A stretch of DNA of 64,000 nt from Felis catus. Its lineage: Eukaryota. The notes under the pieces are model-generated. The model had not been told where the DNA came from, did not search any database, and was given only the letters and a program-made list of their open reading frames with translations. The translations under genes and the position numbers were made by a program. Where the stretch lies: the NCBI RefSeq assembly GCF_018350175.1, contig NC_058368.1, positions 95,978,001-96,042,000 on the forward strand, given 5' to 3'. Positions 50,949 to 62,170 of the stretch are shown in pieces. The number at the start of each line of letters is the position of its first letter. The first letter of the stretch is position 1.

Positions 50949-51162
50949 GGATATTTTAGGAATATCACTCTAGCACCATCCTTGAGTTAAATAGGAGGAG
51001 GCTAGTTGGGTATGGTTGCTGCAGGGTAAACTGATGATCAGAAGAAAAGATTAGGGGCTGGTCAAGTAGGTCTGCAGAGGAGGTAGGTATGATAGGTGGC
51101 ATTGAATGAGCAATGACAAGGGATTAACCAAATGAGATCGTTTCTGCTGGGTAGTGATCATT

Positions 51163-51625
51163 GTATTAGTTTCCTATTGCTACTGTAACAAATTGCTGCA
51201 GACTTAGTGAGTTAAAATAACACCAATTTATTATCTTAGAGTTCTGGGGATCAAAGTCAGAAATCTGCTTCACTTGGCTCAACTCCAAGTGACAGAGGGC
51301 TGTGTTCTTCTGGAGGCTGTATGGGAGAATCCATTTCCTTGCCCTTTGTGGTTTCTACATGGCTCTAGATGCTCATGGCCCCTTCCTCCATCTTCACGGC
51401 GACACTGTAGCATCTTCAAAACCCTGTTTCTCTGACCTCAGCTTATGATCCTGCCTGTGTCTTATAAGGACTCTGTGACCACATTGCACCCACCAGGATA
51501 ATCTTCTCATCTCAAAAGCCTTACCAAAGTCACATCAGCAAAATCTCTTTTGCCATGTAAGGTAGTGATCTCATAGGTTCCGTGGGTCCCAATGTGGACA
51601 TTATGGAGACAGAGACCTTATCCTG
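51163..51625 (-). mobile_element. MLT1C/D-like MaLR solo LTR
   Basis: tgtattagtttcctattgctactgtaacaaatt...tctggaggctgtatgggagaatccatttccttgcc...cttttgccatgtaaggta. Confidence 0.9.
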
Positions 51626-53431
51626 TCAAGCTCAAGGATGAATGAAAGGTTGAGTTTTGGACAGAATGTTCATGTATTTGCCTTGGAAGTAGGAGTAATT
51701 CGTGATGTTATCTGCTGCAAAAAAAAAAACAAAACAAAAAACAAACAAAAAAAAAAAACAAAGAGGTTTGAAGGGAGAATGAATGTGTTTATTTGTGCAC
51801 TCAGATTTTGAATTTGAGCTAACTCAACGTGGGAGATCATGTACTCAGCAAGCAGAAAGTTGGCATATATATTGAAAGCCAAAAAAGAGAGATGTGGCAG
51901 GATGTGTTGATTGTAGAGTTATCAAAAGTTACTTAAATGGTGGGAATGCTACTTCAGATCATCAAAGACTAACTGGTTCTGAACTACCCCTCGTCCTGTA
52001 AACAGCTATAAAATTTGACAAACACATAGGGTAGTGGTTTCTAGGCACTGGACAAATATTGAAGTGCTACATGAATTCTCCCAGTTTAATAAAATGCGCT
52101 AACTTTGAGATCTAACACATGAACACTAAGCAAGACCAGCAGAAGGAAAAACACATCTAGTTACACCAGGGAATATGCTGAAGAAATACTGTTAACGTGT
52201 TTTGGGTCTACATTTATTCACACTCTCCTGACAAAAAGAGAGGGATTATGGGTCAGAGAAGACATCAGTAGGTTACTCAGAAAGCATCTTAGTATAGGTT
52301 CTCCACCCCCCATCTCTCATCAAGTGCCACAATGAGGACAGATGTCACCTGTATAGCTGAGGGGTGTCTGGAATACAGCACAAACCTTGTACGGTAAGGG
52401 TGGTGCCACCGCCAACCCTCCTTCCCCTGGAGAAGCAGAATGACCTTTGTCCTAGGTATTAAACAAATCCTGTTGGAAAAGAAGAGGGGAGGTCCCTAGG
52501 TTCGTTACACTTTGGAACACAACCCCCTGGCCCAAGTACAGATGAACCTGTGAGTGTCTCTGTAGATGTCTGTCATTTATAAATAACTACCAAGGATTAT
52601 TTGCCCTTTGCTCATGCTTTATCCCAGCCTGCCAGCAATTTGTGCTCAGAAAGCCCTGAACATGCCAAAGCTCAAAAAGTTTCCCAACTTGATGGCAATA
52701 CATTTGATAATTTACATGAAATTGACAAGTTTCTCTAAAACTACAACTTAAAATTTACACATACACACTCAAAGAAATCTGAACAGGCCTTTACTCTGAA
52801 ACTAAATTTATAGTCATCATCATTTCTACAAAGTAAACTGGGAGGTCAAAGTGGTGCATTCTGGCAACATTTTAGAAAAAAATATGAAATATGCCCAACT
52901 CAAACTCAGAAATGAAAGGAGGAGGAAATATTTTCCAGCTTATTTACTGAGACTGGCATAACCTTACGCCAGAACCAGATACACACATGCTAAAAAATAA
53001 ATTAAAAGTTGTAGGTCTATATTTTGTGAACATAGAAATAAAAATCGAAATATCAAGAAGTTTAAACTAACACCATATTGGAAAAAAAAAAAACCCTGAT
53101 ACAATATCAGTGATATTCATAAGAGCTTCTTTATCTCACACACAGTTCTCAAATCCACCAATAAAATTCACATTAACAAAATAAAATAAAAATTACATTA
53201 TCATCTCAATAAACGCAGAAAAAATTCATGATAAGAAGACTCAAGAAATGATGGTTAGAAGGGAACTCTCTAAACTTGATAAAAGATACATAGGAAAAAC
53301 CTGCGTCTAGCATTATACTTAATGATAAAATAGCAAGAACCTTACTGCTAAGACTGAGAATACAACAAAGAAATTCATGTTAACCATTTGTGTTCAACGT
53401 TTTTCTTAAAATGTTATTTTTGGTTCCAAAT

Positions 53432-53726
53432 CTGCATTAGCACCCTATTGCAACTGAAACAAATTAGCACAGATTTAGTGAGTTAATACAATACAATTTC
53501 TAAGATTGGAAATAAGGTAAGAATGTCAAGTAGCCAGTCATCTGAGAGGGGAGCTCATGCTCCCAGGTGGAATTTGTAAGGCTTCTCTGACCCAACTATA
53601 GAAGGCACAACATCACTTCTCCGACGTTCAGTTTATGATGTGAGCCAAGGTTGAAGTGGAGAGGAATTCAAATCTATACCTCAATAGAAGGGGTAGTAAA
53701 ATTTTATGTTCTTTAATCTATCACAC
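53432..53726 (-). mobile_element. Old MLT1 MaLR LTR fragment nested in L1
   Basis: tgcattag...ctattgc...acaaattagcacagatttagtg...caacatcacttctcc...aatctatcaca. Confidence 0.65.
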
Positions 53727-53789
53727 CATGAATTCTCCTCAAATTGATAGATAATATCAACATATTATCCACCAAAACCACATCATGCT

Positions 53790-53790
<1 letters not shown>

Positions 53791-53834
<44 letters not shown>
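53791..53834. repeat. (TG)n microsatellite
   Basis: Directly visible. Confidence 0.95.
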
Positions 53835-53842
<8 letters not shown>

Positions 53843-55239
53843 GCATTTGGTGTTTTTTTTTGTTGTTGTTGTTGTTTTTTAGAGAAATCAACAGACTGAT
53901 TCTACAGCTTAGACTAGACATACAAAAGACACAGAATAGCCCAGATAGTTCTGAAAATTAACACATTTGGAAAATATATACATGAAACCTATATAGTTCA
54001 AGGCAGTATGATGCTTGTGTAAAGGTAGAGAATTCACATACAGGTTCACTGTATGGGGTCAGTTGATTTCAAGGTAGTACCATGATGGAGGAAAATGGTA
54101 TTACTAACAAATAGTGCTGGAACAATTAGAAATTTGTATGGAAAAATATGTCCCATGAGATCATGTGAAATCAAACACAGAATATATAAAAACTTATCAT
54201 GGACCTAAATGTAAATTCATAAGTTTACAATGTCTAGAAGATACCTTTGTAAACTTGAGATGGGCAAACATGATTGATAGGACACAAAAAGCACTAAAAA
54301 GAAAAGAAAAAGTTATAAGTTGGACTCTTCAAAATTTAAAAATTTCTATACTTCAAAGGACATCCTTAAGAAAATAAAATGGTATGCAATGTCCAGGGAG
54401 AAAATATCTGAAAGACATATTTCTGACAAAGTCTCTCTTTCTAGAATACAACTCAATAATAGCAATAACAACAACAACAACAACAACAACAACAAAAAGA
54501 ACACAATTAAAATGAATGGACAAAATGTTTGATTTGTCACTTCACAGTAGATTATAAGAATGGCCAATAGTGCATGAAATTGTTCTCAATGTCATATTCA
54601 ACTGGGATATGCAAATAAAAATGGCAATGCAGACCAACTTCGTAGACATTAGAATGGCAGCAGTTAAAAAGTATTGGTGAGACTATTGGTGAGTACCTGA
54701 AAATTTCTGCCATTGCTGGAGGAGATATAAAATGTCAACACTTGGGGAAATTCTTTGGTTGTTTCTTATAAGCAAACAGGTGCCCATTCAACCCTCCTAG
54801 GATTTACTCAAAATAAATAGCAACCTATATCCACGAAAAGACTTGTATACAAATGTTCATAGCGGCTTTGTTAACAATTACCCAAAGTTGGAAATTGGTG
54901 TCCATCAATATGAGAGTGAATAATGAAATTGTGGAATATTCAAACAATTGAATAGCACTTAATACTATAAAGAAATTATAACATAGGTGAATTTCAAAAA
55001 CAAAAAGTGATGAGTGGAAAAAGAACTTACACAAAAGATATGCTTACTCCATTTATGTGAAGTTCTAGAATTGATGAAACTAATTGGAGGAGTGACTCTT
55101 TCTGGAGGAAATTTCTGCTTTCTGGTGGAGGCAGTGAATGGCTCTGATAGGGGCTGAGGGAAACTCTTGGGGTTATAGGAACGTTCTGTAATGTGAAAGG
55201 GACTTATGTTGCATGCATTTGTCACAATTCAGCAAATGA

Positions 55240-55430
55240 GAGGCACCTGAGTGGCTCAGTCAATTAAGCTTCTGACTTTGGTTCAGGTCATGATCTCATT
55301 ATTCCTGAGTTTGAGCCCCGCGTCAGTCTCTGTGCTCTCAGCATGGAGTCCACTTAGGATCCTCTGGCCCCCTTTTCTGCCCCTCTCCTGCTCACACTCT
55401 CACTTATGTGCTCTCTCTTTCAAAAATATT
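55240..55430 (+). mobile_element. CAN-SINE in L1 3'UTR
   Basis: TSD agcaaatga on both sides. Confidence 0.92.
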
Positions 55431-55845
55431 TTTTTTTAAGTGAGCAAATGAATACTAATCTTTGTCTACCTCATTGTATATAAGTTTCATTTTTTAAAAA
55501 CTCTACATGAATACTGAACTTGAATTAAAGATAGGCAGGTTGAAATACATAGGGAAACGTGCATATATGTCTGTAATATAATTTGATGTCTTCATTTTAC
55601 TTTGCATGGGCAAGAAGGATGATACATGAGTAGATACATAATTGAATGAGTATAGAATAATGTTAATAGTAGAACTTAGATGGTGTGTAGACGGAAGTTC
55701 ACTGCACAATTCGTAAAATATGGTTGTATGTTTGACATTGTTCACAATGAAGTTACACAAAAATAGGTAAAAAATTGTATAAACACATGTTCTTAATACA
55801 TCAAAATACTATATGTGTGATAAGAATCCATGATTTTTTGTCAGG

Positions 55846-56215
55846 TATGATGTTGCCATTCCTTACAATGACCCTCCTGGGGAAAAGATTATAATCTCTA
55901 CTCTACTGCATTGAGGGTTGGCCATTTGACTCATGAGTGGAAGTGATGAGTGTCCTTTCTAAACAGAAAAGCTAAGAACCAGAACATGGTTTTCCATTTT
56001 GTTGTTGTTGTTGTTCTCCCTCTGTGATAAGGCTGAAGGTCCTCCAGATGGATCCTTCTCTGTGAGCCTGGCATTCCTGTGAAGATGATACAGGGCGGAG
56101 CTGTCACTCATCGAAAAATGGACATCCATTTCCAATGGAGATGTGGAAAACGAACAAAATAGTAATTTCTTAGAAGCCCCAGAGATGCTGCTTGTGGCCA
56201 CAGCATAGTCAAATC
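55846..56215 (+). mobile_element. MLT1I/J-like MaLR LTR
   Basis: ttggccatttgact...gagtggaagtgatgagtgtc...ctctgtgagcctgg...aagccccagagatg...ccacagcatag. Confidence 0.7.
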
Positions 56216-56942
56216 TTCTCTGGTGTTTTAAGGAAGAAGAGAAGGTGGGGGAGAGATGATGGTAGGTAGGGAGGTAGGGAGGTAGAATTTGCTTTCACAT
56301 TAACTAATAAACACATTTTAGGAAAGTGATCGAGCTTCTGGGAAGTATTAGCTTTAAAGTTCTCCTGTGCCATCAGGAAACCAACTAATAACATGAGATA
56401 GTATTTTAGAGTTTAAATCCTCTGCTATTCCTGATTTAGCTAGGAGTAGTCAAAGTATCTTCAGTAGTACAATATAGTTTGACTGGAGAATATGGCTTCT
56501 TTTGATCTCTTCATGTTCGTAGCAACACCCAGCTGCTCATCTGTGGCAGATGTTCTTTCATACACTGTGTTTGGTATCTTGGTGATTTATATTAGCAATT
56601 GCATTGAGGGACTGGGGCTAGCAGTGCTAAATTTTCTTGGTGTGAAATTAAGCCAGGGACAAAATGGAAAGCAATCTCAATAAATAGGACAGTTTATCAT
56701 GTAAGGATGCTAAAATGTCCTTATGCTAAAATGTCCATCCCTAATTCTATATTGCCTTATCTTTGGAACTTTCACTTCTTGCCATTGCATTTTTTTTTTT
56801 TTTATAAATTCCATATTCCCACTATGAATAGCATACATCTTCTTCTGGTCCAACAATATTTGCATTTATCAGGTCTCTCAATGCTTCATATTTGTATCTT
56901 TAGGTATAATCACCTTCAGATAAAAAACAAAAATAAAAAGAA

Positions 56943-57170
56943 GGGGTGCCTGGGTGGCTCAGATGGTTAAGCATCCGACTTCGACTCAGGTCATGATCTA
57001 ACGGTCCGTGAGTTTGAGCCCCACATCGGGCTCTGTGCTGACAGCTCAGAGCCTGGAGCCTGTTTCAGATTCTGTGTCTCCCTCTCTCTACGCCCCTCCC
57101 CTGTTCATGCTCTGTCTCTCTCTGTCTCAAAAGTAAATAAAACATTAAAAAAATTTTAATAAAAATTAAA
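56943..57170 (+). mobile_element. SINEC_Fc
   Basis: Near-consensus felid body (ggtccgtgagtttgagccccacatcgggctctgtgctgacagctcagagcctggagcctgtttcagattc). Confidence 0.96.
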
Positions 57171-57701
57171 AGAAGAAAGAAATAAAGAAATCACCAAATC
57201 ATACAGTACCCCTAATCTGATTGTAATTTCAAGGAATATCTAACATATGAAAAAGGTCAAACTGATAATAATGCATTACTAGGGTTTTCTTCAACAATGA
57301 TATTGATCTTTTTTTGCTTTAACAGCATAACTGATTCTGTCTCTGGCACTGGGACTTGGGAGAAGATAAAAATACACAATGATGGGATTGAGCAAAGAAA
57401 AATAAACTGGTCAGAGGGAAAATGAAGAATCACAAGGTGGAAAGAAACAATATATATGCAGATGTGGGGTGATAGAAACGCTTGAAAACGAAGAAAATAC
57501 TGACATAAAGTAACGAACAGGGCACATTTCTTTGGAAGCTAAATTGTATATGACTTGGATGACAATCATAGTTGTGGGTTAACACAAAATAGGAATTAAG
57601 TTTTTTTCATTAACCTTTTCCTGGATCCAATATCGAGGGGATGCCCATTTGATTTCATTCAAGCAGGCTTAAAATACTGGTTTTACTTCAAAGGGAGTAG
57701 A

Positions 57702-57897
57702 GAGCCAAAGCATAAGAGACTCTTAAAAACTGAGAACAAACTGAGGGTTGATGGGGGTTGGGAGGGAGGGGAGGGTGGGTGATGGGTATTGAGGAGGGCA
57801 CCTTTTGGGATGAGCAGTGGGTGTTGTATGGAAACAAATTTGACAATAAATTTCATATATTGCAAAAAATAAATAAATAAATAATTACAATTAAAAA
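57702..57897 (+). mobile_element. Young felid L1 (L1_Fc-like) 3' end, 5'-truncated
   Basis: cataagagactcttaaaaactgagaacaaactgagggttgatggggg...aatttgacaataaatttcat plus A tail. Perfect TSD aaagggagtaga at 57690-57701 and 57898-57909. Confidence 0.95.
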
Positions 57898-58599
57898 AAA
57901 GGGAGTAGATTCCTAATTTGGAAAAAAAGAACTGTTCTAGCAAATGATCATAATAGATAAGAGGTAATATGATGTAAAATGGCTTGAGCTCAATGTAGAA
58001 ACGTGATGGTGAATGAAATTTTCTAATTCCTCTTTCTGGGTTGTTACCTTTGAAAATAATTGTTTTTTAAGGTTGATATGTGCTCAGTCTTTGAAAGCAG
58101 CCTAGATGTGAGAGTGGACAATCTCTGTGTGAGGTCAGCTGGCTGGTAACGCTGGAGGGTACAAATTGCATTGTGGTTGTTATCCCTCTAGCTTTTATTC
58201 TTTAAGTTGTCTTAAGATAATTGTCATAAGACAAAATAGGCAACTTTTTCTGTTGGGTCTCTTCTGTCACATTTCTCTCCCTGTTCCATCAAGAACAGTT
58301 GCTCAGTCTAGCGTGTGATGCTTCAGCCCTTTGCTCTCATTTTCCCCCTTTTATCTCTGTCTCTCCTGTCATGGGTTAACACTAAAACAAACAAACAAAA
58401 ACCTTGTCACCTTTGTGTCCTGCTTTGCACATGGATGTGCTTGGGTCTAAACGTGTTTGTTTGTATGTGAAGGAAACATAAGACAAGGTGATGAGAAAGG
58501 GTGGTGTGAAAAAAGAAAAAATGTCACGAAAACTCTGAAAATCCTTACTGAATACTTACTGACAATGAGACAGGGACAAAGAGCAAAGAGACAAGAGGT

Positions 58600-59580
58600 C
58601 AAAAAAGGTTTTCGTGGAGATTTTGGCCAGTATTCATATTAAAATAGAATTGGGACATACTAGATTATACTTTAGGAGAACCATCATGGCTGTGCCGAAA
58701 GAGATTGGAAAGATGCTGCAAGAAAACACTAAATAAACTTGCCACACCCTTGGTACCTCTTTGTAGTAGAGGTAGGAACAATAGGAGAGCTGTTGTTAAG
58801 GGTTGAGGAAAGGCGAGTGAACTCAGAAGTAGCATCCACATGAAGTAACAAGAGATTGGAGAAAGAATGTCTAATGTTTGGTTTTGTTTTTAAAAAGGAG
58901 GGGGGAGAGATTTTCGAATAAATGGAAAATTTCATCAAACTAAGGGTTGCCCCAGAGAAGGAAATGGGGAAAAAAAAAATCCAGGGAAAGGAGGAGATTG
59001 ATTGAAAAAGTTGAGTGGGCATGTCCGGGGAGGATTTATAAGCTCTCATTTAGATTGGATTTGAAGCTAAGAGGAGAAAATCAGTGAAATGCTTAGAGGA
59101 AATAGTTGATTATTGCTCCACTTTGTGTAATCATGTAGTAGCCTGGCCTTAGGATGACCTTCCAAAGCTTAGAGAACCATGAGAGAAAAATTGTACCGGA
59201 GGGAACAGTAGTAGTTAGGAGTGAAAATTAGACTTCACTAGTCTAAGGTTCAGCATGGGGGTCAGTTCTAGCAATTTTCCATAACTATCACTCATCTGAG
59301 ACCATGGACATGGGGATCAAGCTCGACTGGAGGTCAACAAAAGAAAGGCAGACACAGGCCCTAGAAATAAAGCAGAGTGTGAGGTAAGGAGGGGATACTT
59401 CAGAGACCTATAGCCAAGGGGATCTGGTGGCCATGGTGTTACTTTCCTTCCTTCTTAAACAAGGCAAGGAGACATCATTCTCAAAGCTTACAGAAGGAGG
59501 AAGTTGGTTCAAGTAGGAGTTGAGAATTCAGGAGGGGAGGTTAGAAAGAAACTGCTGATAGAAATGTACACAAGTCAGCC
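58600..59580 (-). mobile_element. Degraded L2 fragments
   Basis: Purine-rich with weak L2 antisense motifs (tagattatactttaggagaaccatcatggctg...). Confidence 0.35.
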
Positions 59581-59619
59581 AGGGCAATATTGGTTTCAGG
59601 AGTAGAATTCAGTGATTGA

Positions 59620-59860
59620 TCACTTACGTACAATATCCAATGCTCATCATAAGTGCCCTCCTTAGTACCCATCACCCATCTAGCCCATTTCCCACCCCCC
59701 TCTCTCCATTAACCCTCATTTTTTTCTCCATAGTTCAGAGTCTCTTGTGATTTATTTCCCTCTTCTCTCTCCCCTGCCCCTATGTTCATCTGTTTGGTTT
59801 CTTAAATCCCCATGTGAGTGAAATAATATGGTATTTGTCTTTCTCTGATTGACTTATTTA
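59620..59860 (-). mobile_element. Carnivore L1 3' fragment
   Basis: aagtgccctccttagtacccatcaccc...cttaaatccccatgtgagtgaaataatatggtatttgtctttctctgattgacttattt. Confidence 0.9.
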
Positions 59861-59862
59861 GT

Positions 59863-60065
59863 TTTTTTTTTTTTTTAATTGAAGTACAGTTGACAATTTT
59901 ATATTAGTTTCAAATGTACAACATAGTGATTCAACAATCACGTATGCTATGAAATGCTTACAATAGTAAGGGTATTTGCCATCTCTCACCATACAAAGTT
60001 ATTAAAAAATGACTGACTATATTCCCTATGCTGTACTTTTCATCCCCATGACTTGTTTACTTTAA
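59863..60065 (-). mobile_element. Second L1 3' end (L1MA/L1_Carn-like)
   Basis: poly(T) aattgaagtacagttgaca...tacaacatagtgattcaaca...gactatattccctatgctgtacttttcatcccc. Confidence 0.88.
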
Positions 60066-62060
60066 TAAAACTAAAATAGTTTAACTTGAAGCATTTAAGT
60101 AACACTATCTTCAATTCTAAAATTTTCACTTCTTTTTGAGTAAATAATACACTTTCCCAGGACTATCTGATTGTTTGCTGAGAATCTCAAGAAGAGAGGG
60201 GAAAAAAGAACAGGCATGGCTGGGAGTTGGGGTGAGTGGTGGCTCCTTTTTTTGTATAAAGAGGAAGGAAATAAGATTTCTACACCAAATACTGAAGGTC
60301 ATCCAGTGGAGCCTATACACATTAAAATGTCCCTTATGATCAAAGAGGGAACATTCGAGTCACATTCCCTTATTGTACATATTATTTGATGATTGTGATA
60401 AATTGGATTTTGAAAACTGTAGTCAGGACCAGACAAGGAAAAGATCACTTAATGAAACTTCTAGAAGAGTCTAACCTTCCCCCAGGGCTTTGTCGATGCA
60501 CATATGATTAACAAAAGCTCATGACTTAATGTCGGCTCTATTACTCTGAGTGGCAATTATTTTGGAGGCTACTAAGCAGTCATTTTCAATCTAACATTAT
60601 AACATGACACTTCATTCTATACGAATTTTCTCATTGTTGCGAAATGACACATTTCCCTTTATTCTTGACAAAATTGTCTACACCTGGTAACAAAAAAGGG
60701 GAAATCAAATTACTGTGTTGATATCTCCCTTGGGGTCAGAGATCAGGCCACACCTGGGGGCTTGAGGAAAAGAAATGTGAATGAAAATATAACAGAAGGG
60801 GAACAGGATCACTCCTCTATTCTGGGTGACAGAAAAGTGAAGATACACCAAAATCCTAGAGATGAATGGTTCCTATAGTTCCATACATAGTCAAGAGTGT
60901 AATACGATGCCTTTTCCATAAAAGTTACTTTTAGTGACTATTCAAACTATGGATTAAGACGGTTTCTGTGCTCAGGAGGGTGAGGCTGTTGAAATTGTCC
61001 AAAAGCGCTCTGAGGTATGAGCAGAATGTTTAATTATACCAGGCCTGGTATTATATGAGTTCACGTTCTCTGTTCTGCTGTAGACCATTATGATCTGAAG
61101 GTGATATTACCGCTCTAATTCTCAAAATTATGTAGCTAGACTTGTACCAAGGTATTTCTGCAATAATTCAAAGCAGGTAAATATACATATTATGTTTATT
61201 CACCTTTTGTTCTTTCTCCTTTACTTATTATTCCTCCCCCTTTAAAATGCTGGTTGTGTTGCTTGCAACATTAAAACATGAACTTTGAGTTCTCAGTTTT
61301 TAGTTGTGAAGATTTTACGAGATTTTAGAATGTGGCAAAATGTGCACATAGGACACACACACAAGTTACCTTTTTAAAAATCTTTGCTTTTAAGGATACT
61401 TTTTAAAATTATTTCAGCGGTTAAGAGTTTAAGAGAGAGACCACACATAAGTTGGTTAAACGGTGATGATTGTTCCTGTTCCTTTTTAACTTGCGGCTCA
61501 TGTCGTAATTAAACCCTTGGTATATATGAAGTGGGAGTAGAGGTCAGAGAGGTAACAGGGCTTAGAGGGAGATGAGCAGGCTGGGAGAGTGTAGGCAAAG
61601 GTGTGTACGGTCAAGAGTAAGAAATAAACCAGAAAACAAGCAGGAAATGCAAAGTAAGGACTTTGCAATTATCCTGTGGCACAGAATAATGTGTCTCCAT
61701 AACATAATGCAGAGAAATCAATTTCTGGTCTGTGCTAAAGCCAGGATATGACAGGTGGGTACACTCTACCCTCTATTAAATCCCAAGCCTCAATTATGCA
61801 GTGAATTCCCATCATTCTTTATATTTGTGTTTACTTTTCACAAGCACTACAATAAATCATTGGTGAGGTGCAAAGAGGGAATGAGGTGGAGAAGAGAGAA
61901 GAGAAAACAGCACATGCACTAAAAACTATTTCATGCAAGTTTCCTAGTCTCTTACAAGACCCTGTCCTACGACCTGAGCCCGTATCTTCTTAGTGAAGTA
62001 GCTGGAACTCGCACAGGAAAGATTGCTGCCACTTTAAGCTCATCTCTGCAATTTACTCAC

Positions 62061-62170
62061 CTGTGTCTGTTAAACCCAGTTTTGAGGCACACACTGGAAT
62101 TCAACTGTCTTTGGGCTTCAGCAGATTTCAAAAATGGGGTGTGGTACATTGTTTTGATATAACTTCTGAC
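62061..62170 (-). other. Candidate 110-nt exon (splice signals only; host transcript unknown)
   Basis: Minus-strand acceptor ttctttccag|G and consensus donor CAG|GTGAGT. One open frame, no recognisable protein. Confidence 0.2.

Larger units (their letters stand above)
50620..51930 (-). mobile_element. L2 fragments, interrupted by (TA)n and an MLT1 LTR
   Basis: attcagtcatttactcaa...ccattggagagttttaaacaagg...atcactctagc...tgagttttggac. Confidence 0.55.
52700..55760 (+). mobile_element. Old L1 (L1MC/ME-like) ORF2 plus 3'UTR, fragmented
   Basis: atgaaattgacaagtttct...tatcatctcaataaacgcagaaaaaattc...taggacacaaaaagcacta...aaagacttgtatacaaatgttcatagc. Confidence 0.82.

Noticed and set aside
2519..57170. 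Many ORFs sharing WVAQSVKRPTSAQVMIS / RERGRHRIRSRLQ motifs
   Set aside because: They are CAN-SINE translations, not a gene family.
61036..61051. Perfect 16-bp palindrome ataccaggcctggtat
   Set aside because: About one 8-bp-arm palindrome is expected by chance in 64 kb.
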